64,000 bases of DNA, from NCBI GenBank assembly GCA_963835305.1, contig CAWIEU010000003.1:41353-105352 (forward strand). Reading direction: 5' to 3'. The notes under the pieces are model-generated. The model had not been told where the DNA came from. It worked only from the letters and a program-made list of their open reading frames with translations, and ran no database searches. The position numbers and the translations under genes are program-made. Below, piece after piece: positions 11,890-20,968 of this stretch; position 1 is the stretch's first letter, and each line of letters begins with the position of its first letter. This stretch comes from an uncultured delta proteobacterium (GTDB lineage Bacteria > Desulfobacterota > Desulfobulbia > Desulfobulbales > Desulfocapsaceae).

Positions 11890-11902
11890 TGGTCGGACCA
11901 TT
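11888..11902. promoter_or_regulatory. Proximal FadR-subfamily GntR (LldR/PdhR-like) operator overlapping the -10/+1 region
   Basis: ATTGGTcggACCATT matches the AATTGGTnnnACCAATT consensus of LldR/PdhR sites. Confidence 0.7.
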
Positions 11903-12068
11903 AAGGTCCAATATGGCTGATCGATGAGGCATTTTCTCCTTATTTCAAGCAATAAGTTTATTCCGGTGGTAGTTTCCATGGGCACGTCCTCAACGATACG
12001 ACTCCGGGCAAGCAACAACCAGCGTGGAGCCGATCTGCTCTGCTGTTTCTCAATCCACGGAGTATAAT

Positions 12069-13463
12069 ATGACCAGAAGACAAATTGAGGAATTAAAAAG
12101 TATCTTCAGCGAAAAAAATGTCCTCACCGAGCTCGAAGATATGGTAGCTTACAGCTATGACGCTTCCCACATGGAAATTCAACCGGAAGCGGTCGTTTTT
12201 GCTACCAACACAGAGCAAATCAGCCAGCTCATGAAATTCGCCTATCGCGAGCGGATTCCGGTCACGCCCCGCGGCCAGGGAAGTGGATTATCCGGTGGGT
12301 CGATTCCTTTAAAAAAAGGAATAGTCCTGTGCATGGACAAAATGAACAGGGTTATCGACTTTGATCCTGCTAACCGCCTTATCACTGTCGAGGCCGGTAT
12401 GACTACCGCGGACATCGATCCGGTTGTCGCAAAGGCAAATCTCTTTTATCCCCCTGATCCAGGCAGTGTCGCCTTCTCAACCATCGGTGGCAATGTCGCC
12501 GAAAATGCCGGCGGTCTTCGTGGCCTGAAATACGGCGTGACCAAAGATTACGTGAAGATGATGAAGGTCGTTTTGCCCCAGGGAGATGTTGTTATCCTCG
12601 GCAATAAATGTGTGAAACATGTGGCCGGTTTCAATATGGAAGGGATCTTCGTCGGCAGCGAAGGACTGCTTGGCGTCATGACTGAAGTGACCCTTGCCCT
12701 CCTGCCCATCCCCGAGCATCGCGAATCGGCTCTGGCAATATTCAACAGCCTCGATGGTGCCGCTCAAGCCGTATCCGACATCATCGCCTCCGGAGTTACT
12801 CCGTCCACCATGGAGTTCATGGATAACGCCACGATAAACGCCATCCAGAATTTTAAAGACTGCGGCCTGCCACGAGACGGCGCTGCGGTATTGCTCATTG
12901 AGACTGATGGCGAGAAGAATTCCGCTCTCGCGGAAATGGCCAAAGTCGAGAGCCAGGTTAAGAAAAATGATATCAGGGAGTTTGCCAGGGCCAAATCAAG
13001 CGAGGAACGAGACAGGCTCTTTGAAGGACGCCGTGTGGCTCTTAATGCCCTGGCCAGCGTGAAACCTAATCTCATCCTCGAGGACGCCACGGTTATGCGT
13101 TCCAAGTTGCCTGATATGGTTCGAGGCATCACCAAAATTGCCGACAAATATCAACTGAAGGTTGGCATCTTCGGCCATGCAGGTGACGGTAATCTGCACC
13201 CGACCTTTCTTGTAGATATGAGCGACAAGGACGAAATGGCTCGCACCGAAAAAGGAGTCGCTGAACTCTTCCAACTGGCCATAGACCTTGAGGGAACCAT
13301 CTCCGGAGAGCATGGCATCGGACTGGAAAAAAAGCCCTTCTTAAAGAATCAGATCGGCGCCGAGGGGATCGCACTCCTGCAGAATATCAAGAGAACCTTT
13401 GATCCCCTGAATCTGCTCAATCCCGGCAAGATGTTCGATATGCCGGAAGCGCAGTCAGTTTAA
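12069..13463 (+). CDS. FAD-linked oxidase subunit, GlcD / D-lactate dehydrogenase type
   Basis: PRGQGSGLSGG, YPPDPGS, TIGGNVAENAGG, GSEGLLG, GHAGDGNLHP, SGEHGIG and LNPGK motifs. GGAG RBS before ATG 12069. Confidence 0.88.
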   Translation: MTRRQIEELKSIFSEKNVLTELEDMVAYSYDASHMEIQPEAVVFATNTEQISQLMKFAYRERIPVTPRGQGSGLSGGSIPLKKGIVLCMDKMNRVIDFDPANRLITVEAGMTTADIDPVVAKANLFYPPDPGSVAFSTIGGNVAENAGGLRGLKYGVTKDYVKMMKVVLPQGDVVILGNKCVKHVAGFNMEGIFVGSEGLLGVMTEVTLALLPIPEHRESALAIFNSLDGAAQAVSDIIASGVTPSTMEFMDNATINAIQNFKDCGLPRDGAAVLLIETDGEKNSALAEMAKVESQVKKNDIREFARAKSSEERDRLFEGRRVALNALASVKPNLILEDATVMRSKLPDMVRGITKIADKYQLKVGIFGHAGDGNLHPTFLVDMSDKDEMARTEKGVAELFQLAIDLEGTISGEHGIGLEKKPFLKNQIGAEGIALLQNIKRTFDPLNLLNPGKMFDMPEAQSV

Positions 13464-13479
13464 GTGAGGTTGACAGAAC

Positions 13480-14784
13480 ATGAATACTCACGCTGCTGTA
13501 AAACAACAGGCCGAAACACACTTGCTGGAGGCCGCAAAAGAATTTCAGAAATGCATGCAATGCGGCAAGTGCAGATCCGTCTGTCCTGTGTTCAAGGAAA
13601 TGGGTAATGAGCTGTATGTCGCCCGCGGGAAAAATAAACTCGCCGAAAAAATTGTCTCCGGGGATCTGCAGATCACCCAGAGAGTAAAAGACGCGATTAA
13701 TGAATGCCTCAACTGTAAAACCTGTTCGGCCAACTGTCCTGCCGGAGTAAGTCCGGAACATGTGGTGCTTAGGCTTCGCTGGTATATTACCACCCAGCAG
13801 GGGCTCGGCTTTTTCCGTGCATTGATTTTCCGGCAACTGGTCTGGCGTAAATGGCCGATTACCCTCGGAGCCATGTTGATCGGGGTCGCCCAGCGTGCCC
13901 TCTTCGGCATCGGTCCAAAAAACCCTGTCCGCCATCTCTTTCCGCTTTTTGGTTTCTCGAAGCGGCGGTTTTTCCCCCAGATGGCACTGAGAAGCGCACA
14001 GAGCCAATATCCTGAAGTGATTCCACAGAAAAAGGGTCCCAGAAAAGGGCGTATCGGTTATTTTACCGGTTGTGCCGGCAACCTGATCTATACTAATGTG
14101 GTCAAGTCGGTTGTCGATATTCTTACCGGCTACGGCTACGAGGTTGTTATTCCAAAAAAGCAGAAATGCAATGGTACCCCGGTGCTTGCCAATGGTGATT
14201 ACGAGGGGGCGAAAATGCTCATGGAGCACAATTTCGATCTGTTCCAACGCTACGACCTCGATGCTATTGTCGTTGCCTGTTCATCCTGCGGCATGGCCCT
14301 TAAAAAGGAGATCAAGCTGTTTATCGACGACAGCAGGGAACTTCAGGCCTTTACCGGAAAGGTCTACGATATTAATGAGTTTATCGAAAAAAATATCGAT
14401 ATAAAAGAAGAAGAACTGGGCCGGTTACCCTATAAGGTTTCCTACCATGATCCCTGTCATATGGTTCGCGGGCAAGGAATCAGCGAGCAACCTAGAAACC
14501 TGCTGAAAATGATCCCGGGAGTTGAATTCAAGGAAATGAAGGATGCGGCAGTCTGTTGCGGCAGCGCCGGAAGCTACTGCATCACTCACTATGACACCGC
14601 GATAAAAATCAACAACCACAAAGTGCGAAATATTCAAAACGCCGATGTTGATTTTGTCGCAACCGGATGTCCCACCTGCGTCATGCATATTCAGGACAAC
14701 CTGCTGCAGCATGAATCGAAGGAAAAAATGCGCTTTGTCGTGGAAATACTGGCTGATTCCTTGCGCGCCGCCAAAACTATTTAG
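13480..14784 (+). CDS. GlcF-type Fe-S subunit (two 4Fe-4S motifs plus two CCG domains)
   Basis: CMQCGKCRSVCP, CLNCKTCSANCP, YFTGC, CSSCG, YHDPCH, CCGSAG and GCPTC motifs. Confidence 0.88.
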   Translation: MNTHAAVKQQAETHLLEAAKEFQKCMQCGKCRSVCPVFKEMGNELYVARGKNKLAEKIVSGDLQITQRVKDAINECLNCKTCSANCPAGVSPEHVVLRLRWYITTQQGLGFFRALIFRQLVWRKWPITLGAMLIGVAQRALFGIGPKNPVRHLFPLFGFSKRRFFPQMALRSAQSQYPEVIPQKKGPRKGRIGYFTGCAGNLIYTNVVKSVVDILTGYGYEVVIPKKQKCNGTPVLANGDYEGAKMLMEHNFDLFQRYDLDAIVVACSSCGMALKKEIKLFIDDSRELQAFTGKVYDINEFIEKNIDIKEEELGRLPYKVSYHDPCHMVRGQGISEQPRNLLKMIPGVEFKEMKDAAVCCGSAGSYCITHYDTAIKINNHKVRNIQNADVDFVATGCPTCVMHIQDNLLQHESKEKMRFVVEILADSLRAAKTI

Positions 14785-14805
14785 CACGGGCCTTTGTCAC
14801 GGGAA

Positions 14806-14828
14806 AGGGCGGGTTCTAAACCCGCCCT
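14806..14828. repeat. REP-like palindrome
   Basis: AGGGCGGGTTctaAACCCGCCCT; the same core recurs at 53820 and, inverted, at 62638. Confidence 0.75.
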
Positions 14829-14990
14829 CCTTTAAACCCATCCGCACTGTTTTCCCCTTGTTGTAAATCTCCCCCCGCTGTGGTAATACAGCATTTTTTG
14901 CAGCACTTCATTTCTGCCCGCTTGATTGCCGTCCCGAAACTACCTCAAGCTGCGATTCCCCGCTTTCCTGTTATTTTTTAAACAATATTC

Positions 14991-16769
14991 ATGCAAACCA
15001 AAACGCTTCTTCCCGGCAAAGATCTCTCTTTAGAAGAAACCATTGAAAAAGCCACCACCCTGCTCGAGGAGATGGATCTTACCATCGAGACGGTAAGCTG
15101 GCTCAATCCCGCGCCAAACTGCTGGTCAGTCCATGTCCAATCCGCGACCTGTCCACATCTCTACACCAACGGCAAAGGAACTTCCCGTCTTGCCAGCCTT
15201 GCAAGTGGCCTTGGCGAATTCTTTGAAAGATTATCCACCAATTATTTCTTTGCCGACTATTTTCTAGATGATACTGAAGATACACAGGAACACCCCTTCC
15301 TGTTTTATCCCAATGAGAGCTGGTTTTCCCCACACGAACTAAACGTAATTCCCCGGCACAATCAGCACGGAACAGAATTGTTGAATGAAGATTTACGCAC
15401 ATTTTATGACCCTGAAGAGGAACTCACCTTCGAGCATCTCTGCGACAACAACAGCAACGCCACGGAACGGGGTGTCTGCGCCCTGCCCTTCCAATCCCTG
15501 ACGGACAGCCGGACGACCTATTTTCCGGTAAGTATTCTGAACAATCTGTATGTCAGTAACGGCATGGCAGCCGGCAACTCTCCGACCGAATGTTGTTCCC
15601 AGGCTTTATCGGAAATTCTTGAAAGGTATGTCAAGAACATCATCATCAGTAAAGGAATAAGTCTTCCCGATATTCCGCCTTCCTGCCTGAAAAACTTCCC
15701 GAAACTCTGTTCCATTCTCGACACTCTTGCTGAGCAGGGATTATCCGTCCAGGTAAAGGATGCCTCATTAGGTGGGCAATTCCCTGTTATTTCCGTTCTG
15801 CTTACCGACAGAAAGAGTGGGGGCGCGTTTGCCGCTTTTGGCGCAAACTGCCGGTTTGAAACAGCCATCGAGCGAACTTTGACCGAACTGCTGCAGGGCC
15901 GCAGCCTGGATCGACTCCATGATTTCCAGCCGCCATGCCACGATATACATCAAGTAGCCGATCCTTTTAATCTCGAAAGCCATTTCATTGATTCCGATGG
16001 CCTGCTTTCCTGGGATATGTTTAACAGCAGAGCCGACTTCGAATTTTCTCCATGGAACTTCACCGGCTCTACAGAGCAGGAGTTCAAGAAGTTGCAGCAC
16101 CTTATATCCGGCAAGGGTTTCCAGATATATCGTGCTGAATATCTGCATTGCGGAATGTACAGCTGCCGTATTCTGGTTCCCGGCATGTCCGAGGTTTACC
16201 CGATAGATGATCTGCTCTGGAACAATAAAGGGACCGGAGCGCAACTTCGCCCTTATCTGCTGCGCCTCCCGGTAATGGATGACATGGAGCTGAATGCATT
16301 GTTCGAGAAACTTGAAATCCTGGGCCTCAGCGACCAACTGTTGCTCTCCCATATAATCGGTGTTCTCTTTGATGAAGGCTCAAGTTGGGCAAGTTTGCGC
16401 ATCGGCGAATTGAAGGCCTTGATCCTCCTGGCCTTAAAAAAACAAGAAGAGGCGCTCGAATGGTGCGGCTGGTGTCTGGAATACGCCGGACTACCGGAAC
16501 AAAGAAAACGTCTTTTCCGGCTGCTGCAGGCACTTCTCAACTTTCATTTGGCGGGGCAGACACTAGCCGACTATGGCCATGGGCTCCGGCTTTTTTACCT
16601 GGAAGAGGAGATTCGGAAAGCTGAATTGATAGCAGAAGGGACAGCCAGATTCCCAGGACTCAATTTTGCTGAAAGCTGGCGGGAGGTTTCTTCCGAACAG
16701 AAAAAGCTGCTGGCAATCTACCAACGGGTTAACGGCTTAAAGGCAGCCTCCGTGTCAGAAAAGCTGTAG
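14991..16769 (+). CDS. ycaO: YcaO-family protein, E. coli YcaO-like
   Basis: PGKD, SWLNP, TNGKG, LGEFFERLSTNYFFAD, SNGMAAGN, EILERYVK, ERTLTELLQGR and VPGMSEVYP motifs typical of enterobacterial-type YcaO. Confidence 0.88.
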   Translation: MQTKTLLPGKDLSLEETIEKATTLLEEMDLTIETVSWLNPAPNCWSVHVQSATCPHLYTNGKGTSRLASLASGLGEFFERLSTNYFFADYFLDDTEDTQEHPFLFYPNESWFSPHELNVIPRHNQHGTELLNEDLRTFYDPEEELTFEHLCDNNSNATERGVCALPFQSLTDSRTTYFPVSILNNLYVSNGMAAGNSPTECCSQALSEILERYVKNIIISKGISLPDIPPSCLKNFPKLCSILDTLAEQGLSVQVKDASLGGQFPVISVLLTDRKSGGAFAAFGANCRFETAIERTLTELLQGRSLDRLHDFQPPCHDIHQVADPFNLESHFIDSDGLLSWDMFNSRADFEFSPWNFTGSTEQEFKKLQHLISGKGFQIYRAEYLHCGMYSCRILVPGMSEVYPIDDLLWNNKGTGAQLRPYLLRLPVMDDMELNALFEKLEILGLSDQLLLSHIIGVLFDEGSSWASLRIGELKALILLALKKQEEALEWCGWCLEYAGLPEQRKRLFRLLQALLNFHLAGQTLADYGHGLRLFYLEEEIRKAELIAEGTARFPGLNFAESWREVSSEQKKLLAIYQRVNGLKAASVSEKL

Positions 16770-16797
16770 CAGGATAGGCCTTAGCCGACCTATCCTG
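16770..16797. terminator. Hairpin between the convergent ycaO and ackA genes
   Basis: CAGGATAGG-N10-CCTATCCTG inverted repeat. Confidence 0.55.
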
Positions 16798-16819
16798 GCA
16801 CTATGGCGTTTTTTTCCAG

Positions 16820-18028
16820 CTATTTATTCAGGACGGCTTTTGCTTCGCGGGCAATTGCCAATTCCTCATTAGTCGGTATACCCCAGATTTGCACCCGGCT
16901 TTCTTTAGTGCTGAGAAGAGTGGGCTTTTTAATTCGTTGATTATTAGCCTCAAGGTTCAGGGAGATACCAAAAGGTTCCAGCCCCCGCAGGGTCATCTCA
17001 CGTACAACCTCATCATTCTCTCCGATCCCCGCGGTGAATATAATGGCATCTACCCGGCCCAATACCGCCATGTAGGCACCTACATACTTTTTGTTTCGAT
17101 AGGTCTGAACCTCAAGAGCCAGTTTCGCTCTTTGGTTTCCGGCGGCAATCGCCTCGTGGATATCCCGCATATCATTGAGCCCACACAGTCCCTTCAAGCC
17201 TGAGTCCTTATTGAGCATCACATCGATTGCCTCAATATCCATATCGCAGTTTCTGGCCAGAAAAGAATGAATAGCCGGATCTACATCACCACTTCTGGTC
17301 CCCATGACCAATCCCTCCAATGGGGTTAGTCCGAGGGTGGTATCGACACTTTTGCCGTTTTTGACGGCAGTCATGGAACAACCATTCCCCAGATGGATGG
17401 AAATCAGGTTGAGTTCTTCCAGCGGTTTTCCCATCACACGGGCACATTCACTGGCTACAAACTTATGCGAGGTGCCGTGGAAACCATAGCGGCGAATCCT
17501 CTGCTGTTCATACAATTCATAGGGGATGGCGTAATGATATGCATGGGGTGGAATAGTCTGATGAAAGGCCGTATCAAAAATTGCAACCTGGGGTACTCCG
17601 GCGAACAGTTCCTGTGCAACCCGAATCCCATCCAGATTAGCCGGATTATGCAATGGTGCCAGCGGAATATTTTTCACGATGGCGGCCATCACTTTTTCAG
17701 AAATTACGGTCGGTTCATGAAAATCTTCGCCGCCATGAACTACACGATGTCCGATTGCATCGATATCGCCACGTTCGGCGATCACTCCCTGCCGGGAATC
17801 GCAAAGCACCTCAACTGCCATCCGCATACCACTCCTGTGGTCGGCAACAACAGCAGTCTTTTTAACTACAAGCTCATCCTCCCCGCCAGGTTTGAGCGTG
17901 CACTTTATCAGTCCCTCTGCTTCCCCTATTCTTTCGACTAAACCCGATGCCAGAACTGATTCATCGGTCATGTCGAGAAGTTGAAATTTTATTGACGAAC
18001 TCCCCGAGTTGATAACGAGTATTTTCAT
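16820..18028 (-). CDS. ackA: Acetate kinase
   Basis: VINSGSSSIK, GHRVVHGG, APLHNP, FDTAFH, YGFHGTSH, HLGNG, MGTRSGD, FTAGIGEN and PTNEE motifs. Confidence 0.97.
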   Translation of the reverse strand: MKILVINSGSSSIKFQLLDMTDESVLASGLVERIGEAEGLIKCTLKPGGEDELVVKKTAVVADHRSGMRMAVEVLCDSRQGVIAERGDIDAIGHRVVHGGEDFHEPTVISEKVMAAIVKNIPLAPLHNPANLDGIRVAQELFAGVPQVAIFDTAFHQTIPPHAYHYAIPYELYEQQRIRRYGFHGTSHKFVASECARVMGKPLEELNLISIHLGNGCSMTAVKNGKSVDTTLGLTPLEGLVMGTRSGDVDPAIHSFLARNCDMDIEAIDVMLNKDSGLKGLCGLNDMRDIHEAIAAGNQRAKLALEVQTYRNKKYVGAYMAVLGRVDAIIFTAGIGENDEVVREMTLRGLEPFGISLNLEANNQRIKKPTLLSTKESRVQIWGIPTNEELAIAREAKAVLNK

Positions 18029-18083
18029 TGTTTCTTCTTAATCCTCTAGTGTACTGCTCTTTGATGTACTGCTCATTTTCCTA

Positions 18084-18099
18084 TGCAGGTTTGTTGCCA
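18084..18099 (-). promoter_or_regulatory. Candidate sigma54 (-24/-12) promoter of ackA
   Basis: Minus strand TGGCAACAAACCTGCA has exact GG-N10-GC spacing, about 55 nt upstream of the ATG. Confidence 0.5.
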
Positions 18100-18400
18100 A
18101 GAATGCTTCTTCAAAAGTAGAATTCATACCCCTTCAATCGGGAGAGGGCAACAAATAAATGTCAGCCTAGCAGTGAAGTTTTGGTTTTTTAGGTAACCAT
18201 GACCACTGTAATAAACCAAGCACCGAAACTTACCCAGTTCACAGGATATGTAAATGATTTAATAGTTATATTTCAAAAATGAAATCTTGATGATACTGGA
18301 ATATTTTTCTAATTCCGTGCTGTCCGAGATGAATTTGCATTGGTCATACCATTTTAGGTATCTGTCACCGGCGGAGCACCATTGCTTCTTAAGGACTGGT

Positions 18401-20866
18401 TCAGGAAAATTTTGCGATTTTTGGAAGCCGTAGCAGCACCTCGATAAGGCTTTCCATTTCGACTGGTTTGGCCAGATAATCATCCATGCCCGCCGAGATG
18501 AATCGCTCCCGGTCTCCTTTCATTGCATGAGCCGTCAAGGCCACAATCGGAATCGTGCGGTTTTTATTCGTTGCCGTAGCACGAATGGCCTGGGTTGTTT
18601 CCACCCCGTCCAGTTCCGGCATCTGGATATCCATAAAGATGCAGTCGAACTCCACTTGTTGCACCTTTTGCAACGCCTGCAATCCATTAGATGCCAGATG
18701 CACGTCATGACCCATTTTTTGGAGCATTGCTGAAATCACCATGGCATTAATTTTTTCATCTTCAACGACCAGAACTCGCTTCGCCCTCATTTCAGTCGAT
18801 TGCCGCGGATAATTCTTTTGATCACTTACGGCATTTTCCTCCGCTATGCCTGCTTCTATATTGAAGTAGACGACTGTCCCCTGCCCGACAACGCTCTGCA
18901 GACGAATCTCCCCCCCCATCATTTCGACCAGTTTTTTGACAATGCTCAAGCCAAGCCCCGTTCCGCCGTATTTGCGGCGAAAACTCCCGTCTTCCTGTAC
19001 AAACGGCTCAAACAAGTGGCCTAACATATGTTCCGAAATGCCTCTTCCGGAGTCGCTGATTTCAAACTGAAGAGCAATGTTTACATCCGTTACAATCGGC
19101 TCACAGGTGAGTTCGATCCCGATTTTGCCATGATCTGTAAATTTTACAGCATTACCAACCAGATTGAACAGAATCTGCTTCAAACGAGATGCATCAGCCA
19201 CAACAACCGGCGGGACGGTCCTGTCGATCGAATAATCGATGGTGACTTTGTTTTTATCGATGAGGCTTCCAAAAGATTCAACCACCGATTTCAACAATGG
19301 TGCCAGGGCAATGGGATTGTTGCTCAGTTCAATTTTTCCAGCCTCGATTTTGGAAAAATCAAGTATATCGGTTATGAGATTCAACAAACTTGTCCCGGAG
19401 CTGAGCGCTGTCTTTACATACTTCTTCTGAATCTCATCCAGGGCCGTATCTTTTAAGAGCTGTAAGATTCCCAGTACTCCATTCATCGGTGTACGAATTT
19501 CATGACTCATATTAGCCAAGAACTCCGATTTGGTTTGGCTGGCAGCCAGGGCAATCTCTTTGGCCAGTTTCAACTCTTTTTGTTCCTGAACCCGCTTGGT
19601 TGAATCTCTGATCACACCGGTCAAACCTATCAAAGATCCATTCGTGTCCCACATGGCAGTAGTTATAATCTCCACCCAGATATTGGCCCCATCTTTTCGC
19701 AGACACTCAAATTCGAAGAACCTTGCCGGAATTCGTTCGTGTTTCTTGATCAACGAGGCCATCATTCTCCGCAACCCATTAAACTTTTTCTGATATTTGG
19801 GGGTCATGTGAACAATGATCGGCATCGACAGGAATTCATCCTGGGTATACCCGGAAAGAGCTTCAATGGATGGACTGACATATGTCGGATTAAACTCAAG
19901 ATCCGACACCCAAAGAACATCCCGGATATTTTCCATCAGGAGCCGGAAGCGCTTGTCGCTTTCTTCGAGCGCCTTTTTAATGGCGATATCATTGGTTACA
20001 TCGCGACCAGCCCCGACTGTGCCGATTAACTTCCCGGTATCATCAAAGAGCGGAGCTTTATGCACATCCAGAGCCAGATATTGGCCCCGCACCAACCCAT
20101 CCTCCAGGAATCGGCCGAGCTGCCGGTTATTTTTCACTAATTCATCGGAATCGACACAAACTTCCCCGAAAGTATGTTCATACCCTTCCCGCCGTTCCCG
20201 GCTTGCAAAATACATGTCGTGTTTGCCTATGGGATCCTCGCCGTTTTTACACATCAACAACTTGTCACAAAGGGCTTTATTGGCAAAAATATATCTGTTA
20301 TCAAGGTCTTTAGCCCAAAGCATATCCGGCACGGTGTTGGCCATCAGCCTCATCATGCGATACATTGCCTGGTATCGCGTCTCGCTTTCCTGAAGGGCAA
20401 TCTCCGCTTTCTTGCGGGCGGTGATATCAGCAAAGACGGTATAGACGGTTTTCCGCCCCTGGTAGTAAATTTTTCTGGCCGACAGCAGGACATGTCTTTT
20501 TACCATCAGAGCAGTCAACAACTCCGCCTCAAACTCCACAACCCGCCCATGCTCTGCCAGCAATTCTTGAAATTTTTCCAGCTGATCCGGACTTTGCCAG
20601 AAATCGGCAGCCATTCTGCCTTTGGCCTGGTCAACTGAGATTGAAAAATAGTTGGCGGCATAACTGTTGATATAAACGACGGTCCCGGAACCGGCATTGA
20701 CCAGGACTATGGGAAACATAGCGCTGTCAATCAATATATCTACAGAAGAATCCGGATGATGCAGCCAGGTTCGCTCCTTCTCCATCCCAGCCAGACGGTA
20801 CCGCAGATCCGCTACTTCGGCCAGCAGATCATCCCTCTCTTTTTGAATATCGGGTCTATTTTCCAT
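18401..20866 (-). CDS. Cytoplasmic multi-PAS hybrid sensor histidine kinase with C-terminal receiver domain
   Basis: Three PAS-like segments; FLANMSHEIRTPMNG; NLVGNAVKFT; DSGRG; GGTGLGL; receiver motifs VEDE, MDIQMP and LAKP. Confidence 0.92.
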   Translation of the reverse strand: MENRPDIQKERDDLLAEVADLRYRLAGMEKERTWLHHPDSSVDILIDSAMFPIVLVNAGSGTVVYINSYAANYFSISVDQAKGRMAADFWQSPDQLEKFQELLAEHGRVVEFEAELLTALMVKRHVLLSARKIYYQGRKTVYTVFADITARKKAEIALQESETRYQAMYRMMRLMANTVPDMLWAKDLDNRYIFANKALCDKLLMCKNGEDPIGKHDMYFASRERREGYEHTFGEVCVDSDELVKNNRQLGRFLEDGLVRGQYLALDVHKAPLFDDTGKLIGTVGAGRDVTNDIAIKKALEESDKRFRLLMENIRDVLWVSDLEFNPTYVSPSIEALSGYTQDEFLSMPIIVHMTPKYQKKFNGLRRMMASLIKKHERIPARFFEFECLRKDGANIWVEIITTAMWDTNGSLIGLTGVIRDSTKRVQEQKELKLAKEIALAASQTKSEFLANMSHEIRTPMNGVLGILQLLKDTALDEIQKKYVKTALSSGTSLLNLITDILDFSKIEAGKIELSNNPIALAPLLKSVVESFGSLIDKNKVTIDYSIDRTVPPVVVADASRLKQILFNLVGNAVKFTDHGKIGIELTCEPIVTDVNIALQFEISDSGRGISEHMLGHLFEPFVQEDGSFRRKYGGTGLGLSIVKKLVEMMGGEIRLQSVVGQGTVVYFNIEAGIAEENAVSDQKNYPRQSTEMRAKRVLVVEDEKINAMVISAMLQKMGHDVHLASNGLQALQKVQQVEFDCIFMDIQMPELDGVETTQAIRATATNKNRTIPIVALTAHAMKGDRERFISAGMDDYLAKPVEMESLIEVLLRLPKIAKFS

Positions 20867-20968
20867 TTGTTTCTGATTGTTTGAGGTATTCCGGTTACAA
20901 CTCGATATTTCTGTTACGCCAGACGGACAATCCTTCCCGGATCCGTTGATTCCGTCCCGTGAGAAAGA

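Noticed and set aside
14784-16820. YcaO-based RiPP biosynthetic cluster
   Set aside because: No precursor peptide, TfuA, E1-like protein, protease or exporter nearby; neighbours are central-metabolism genes.
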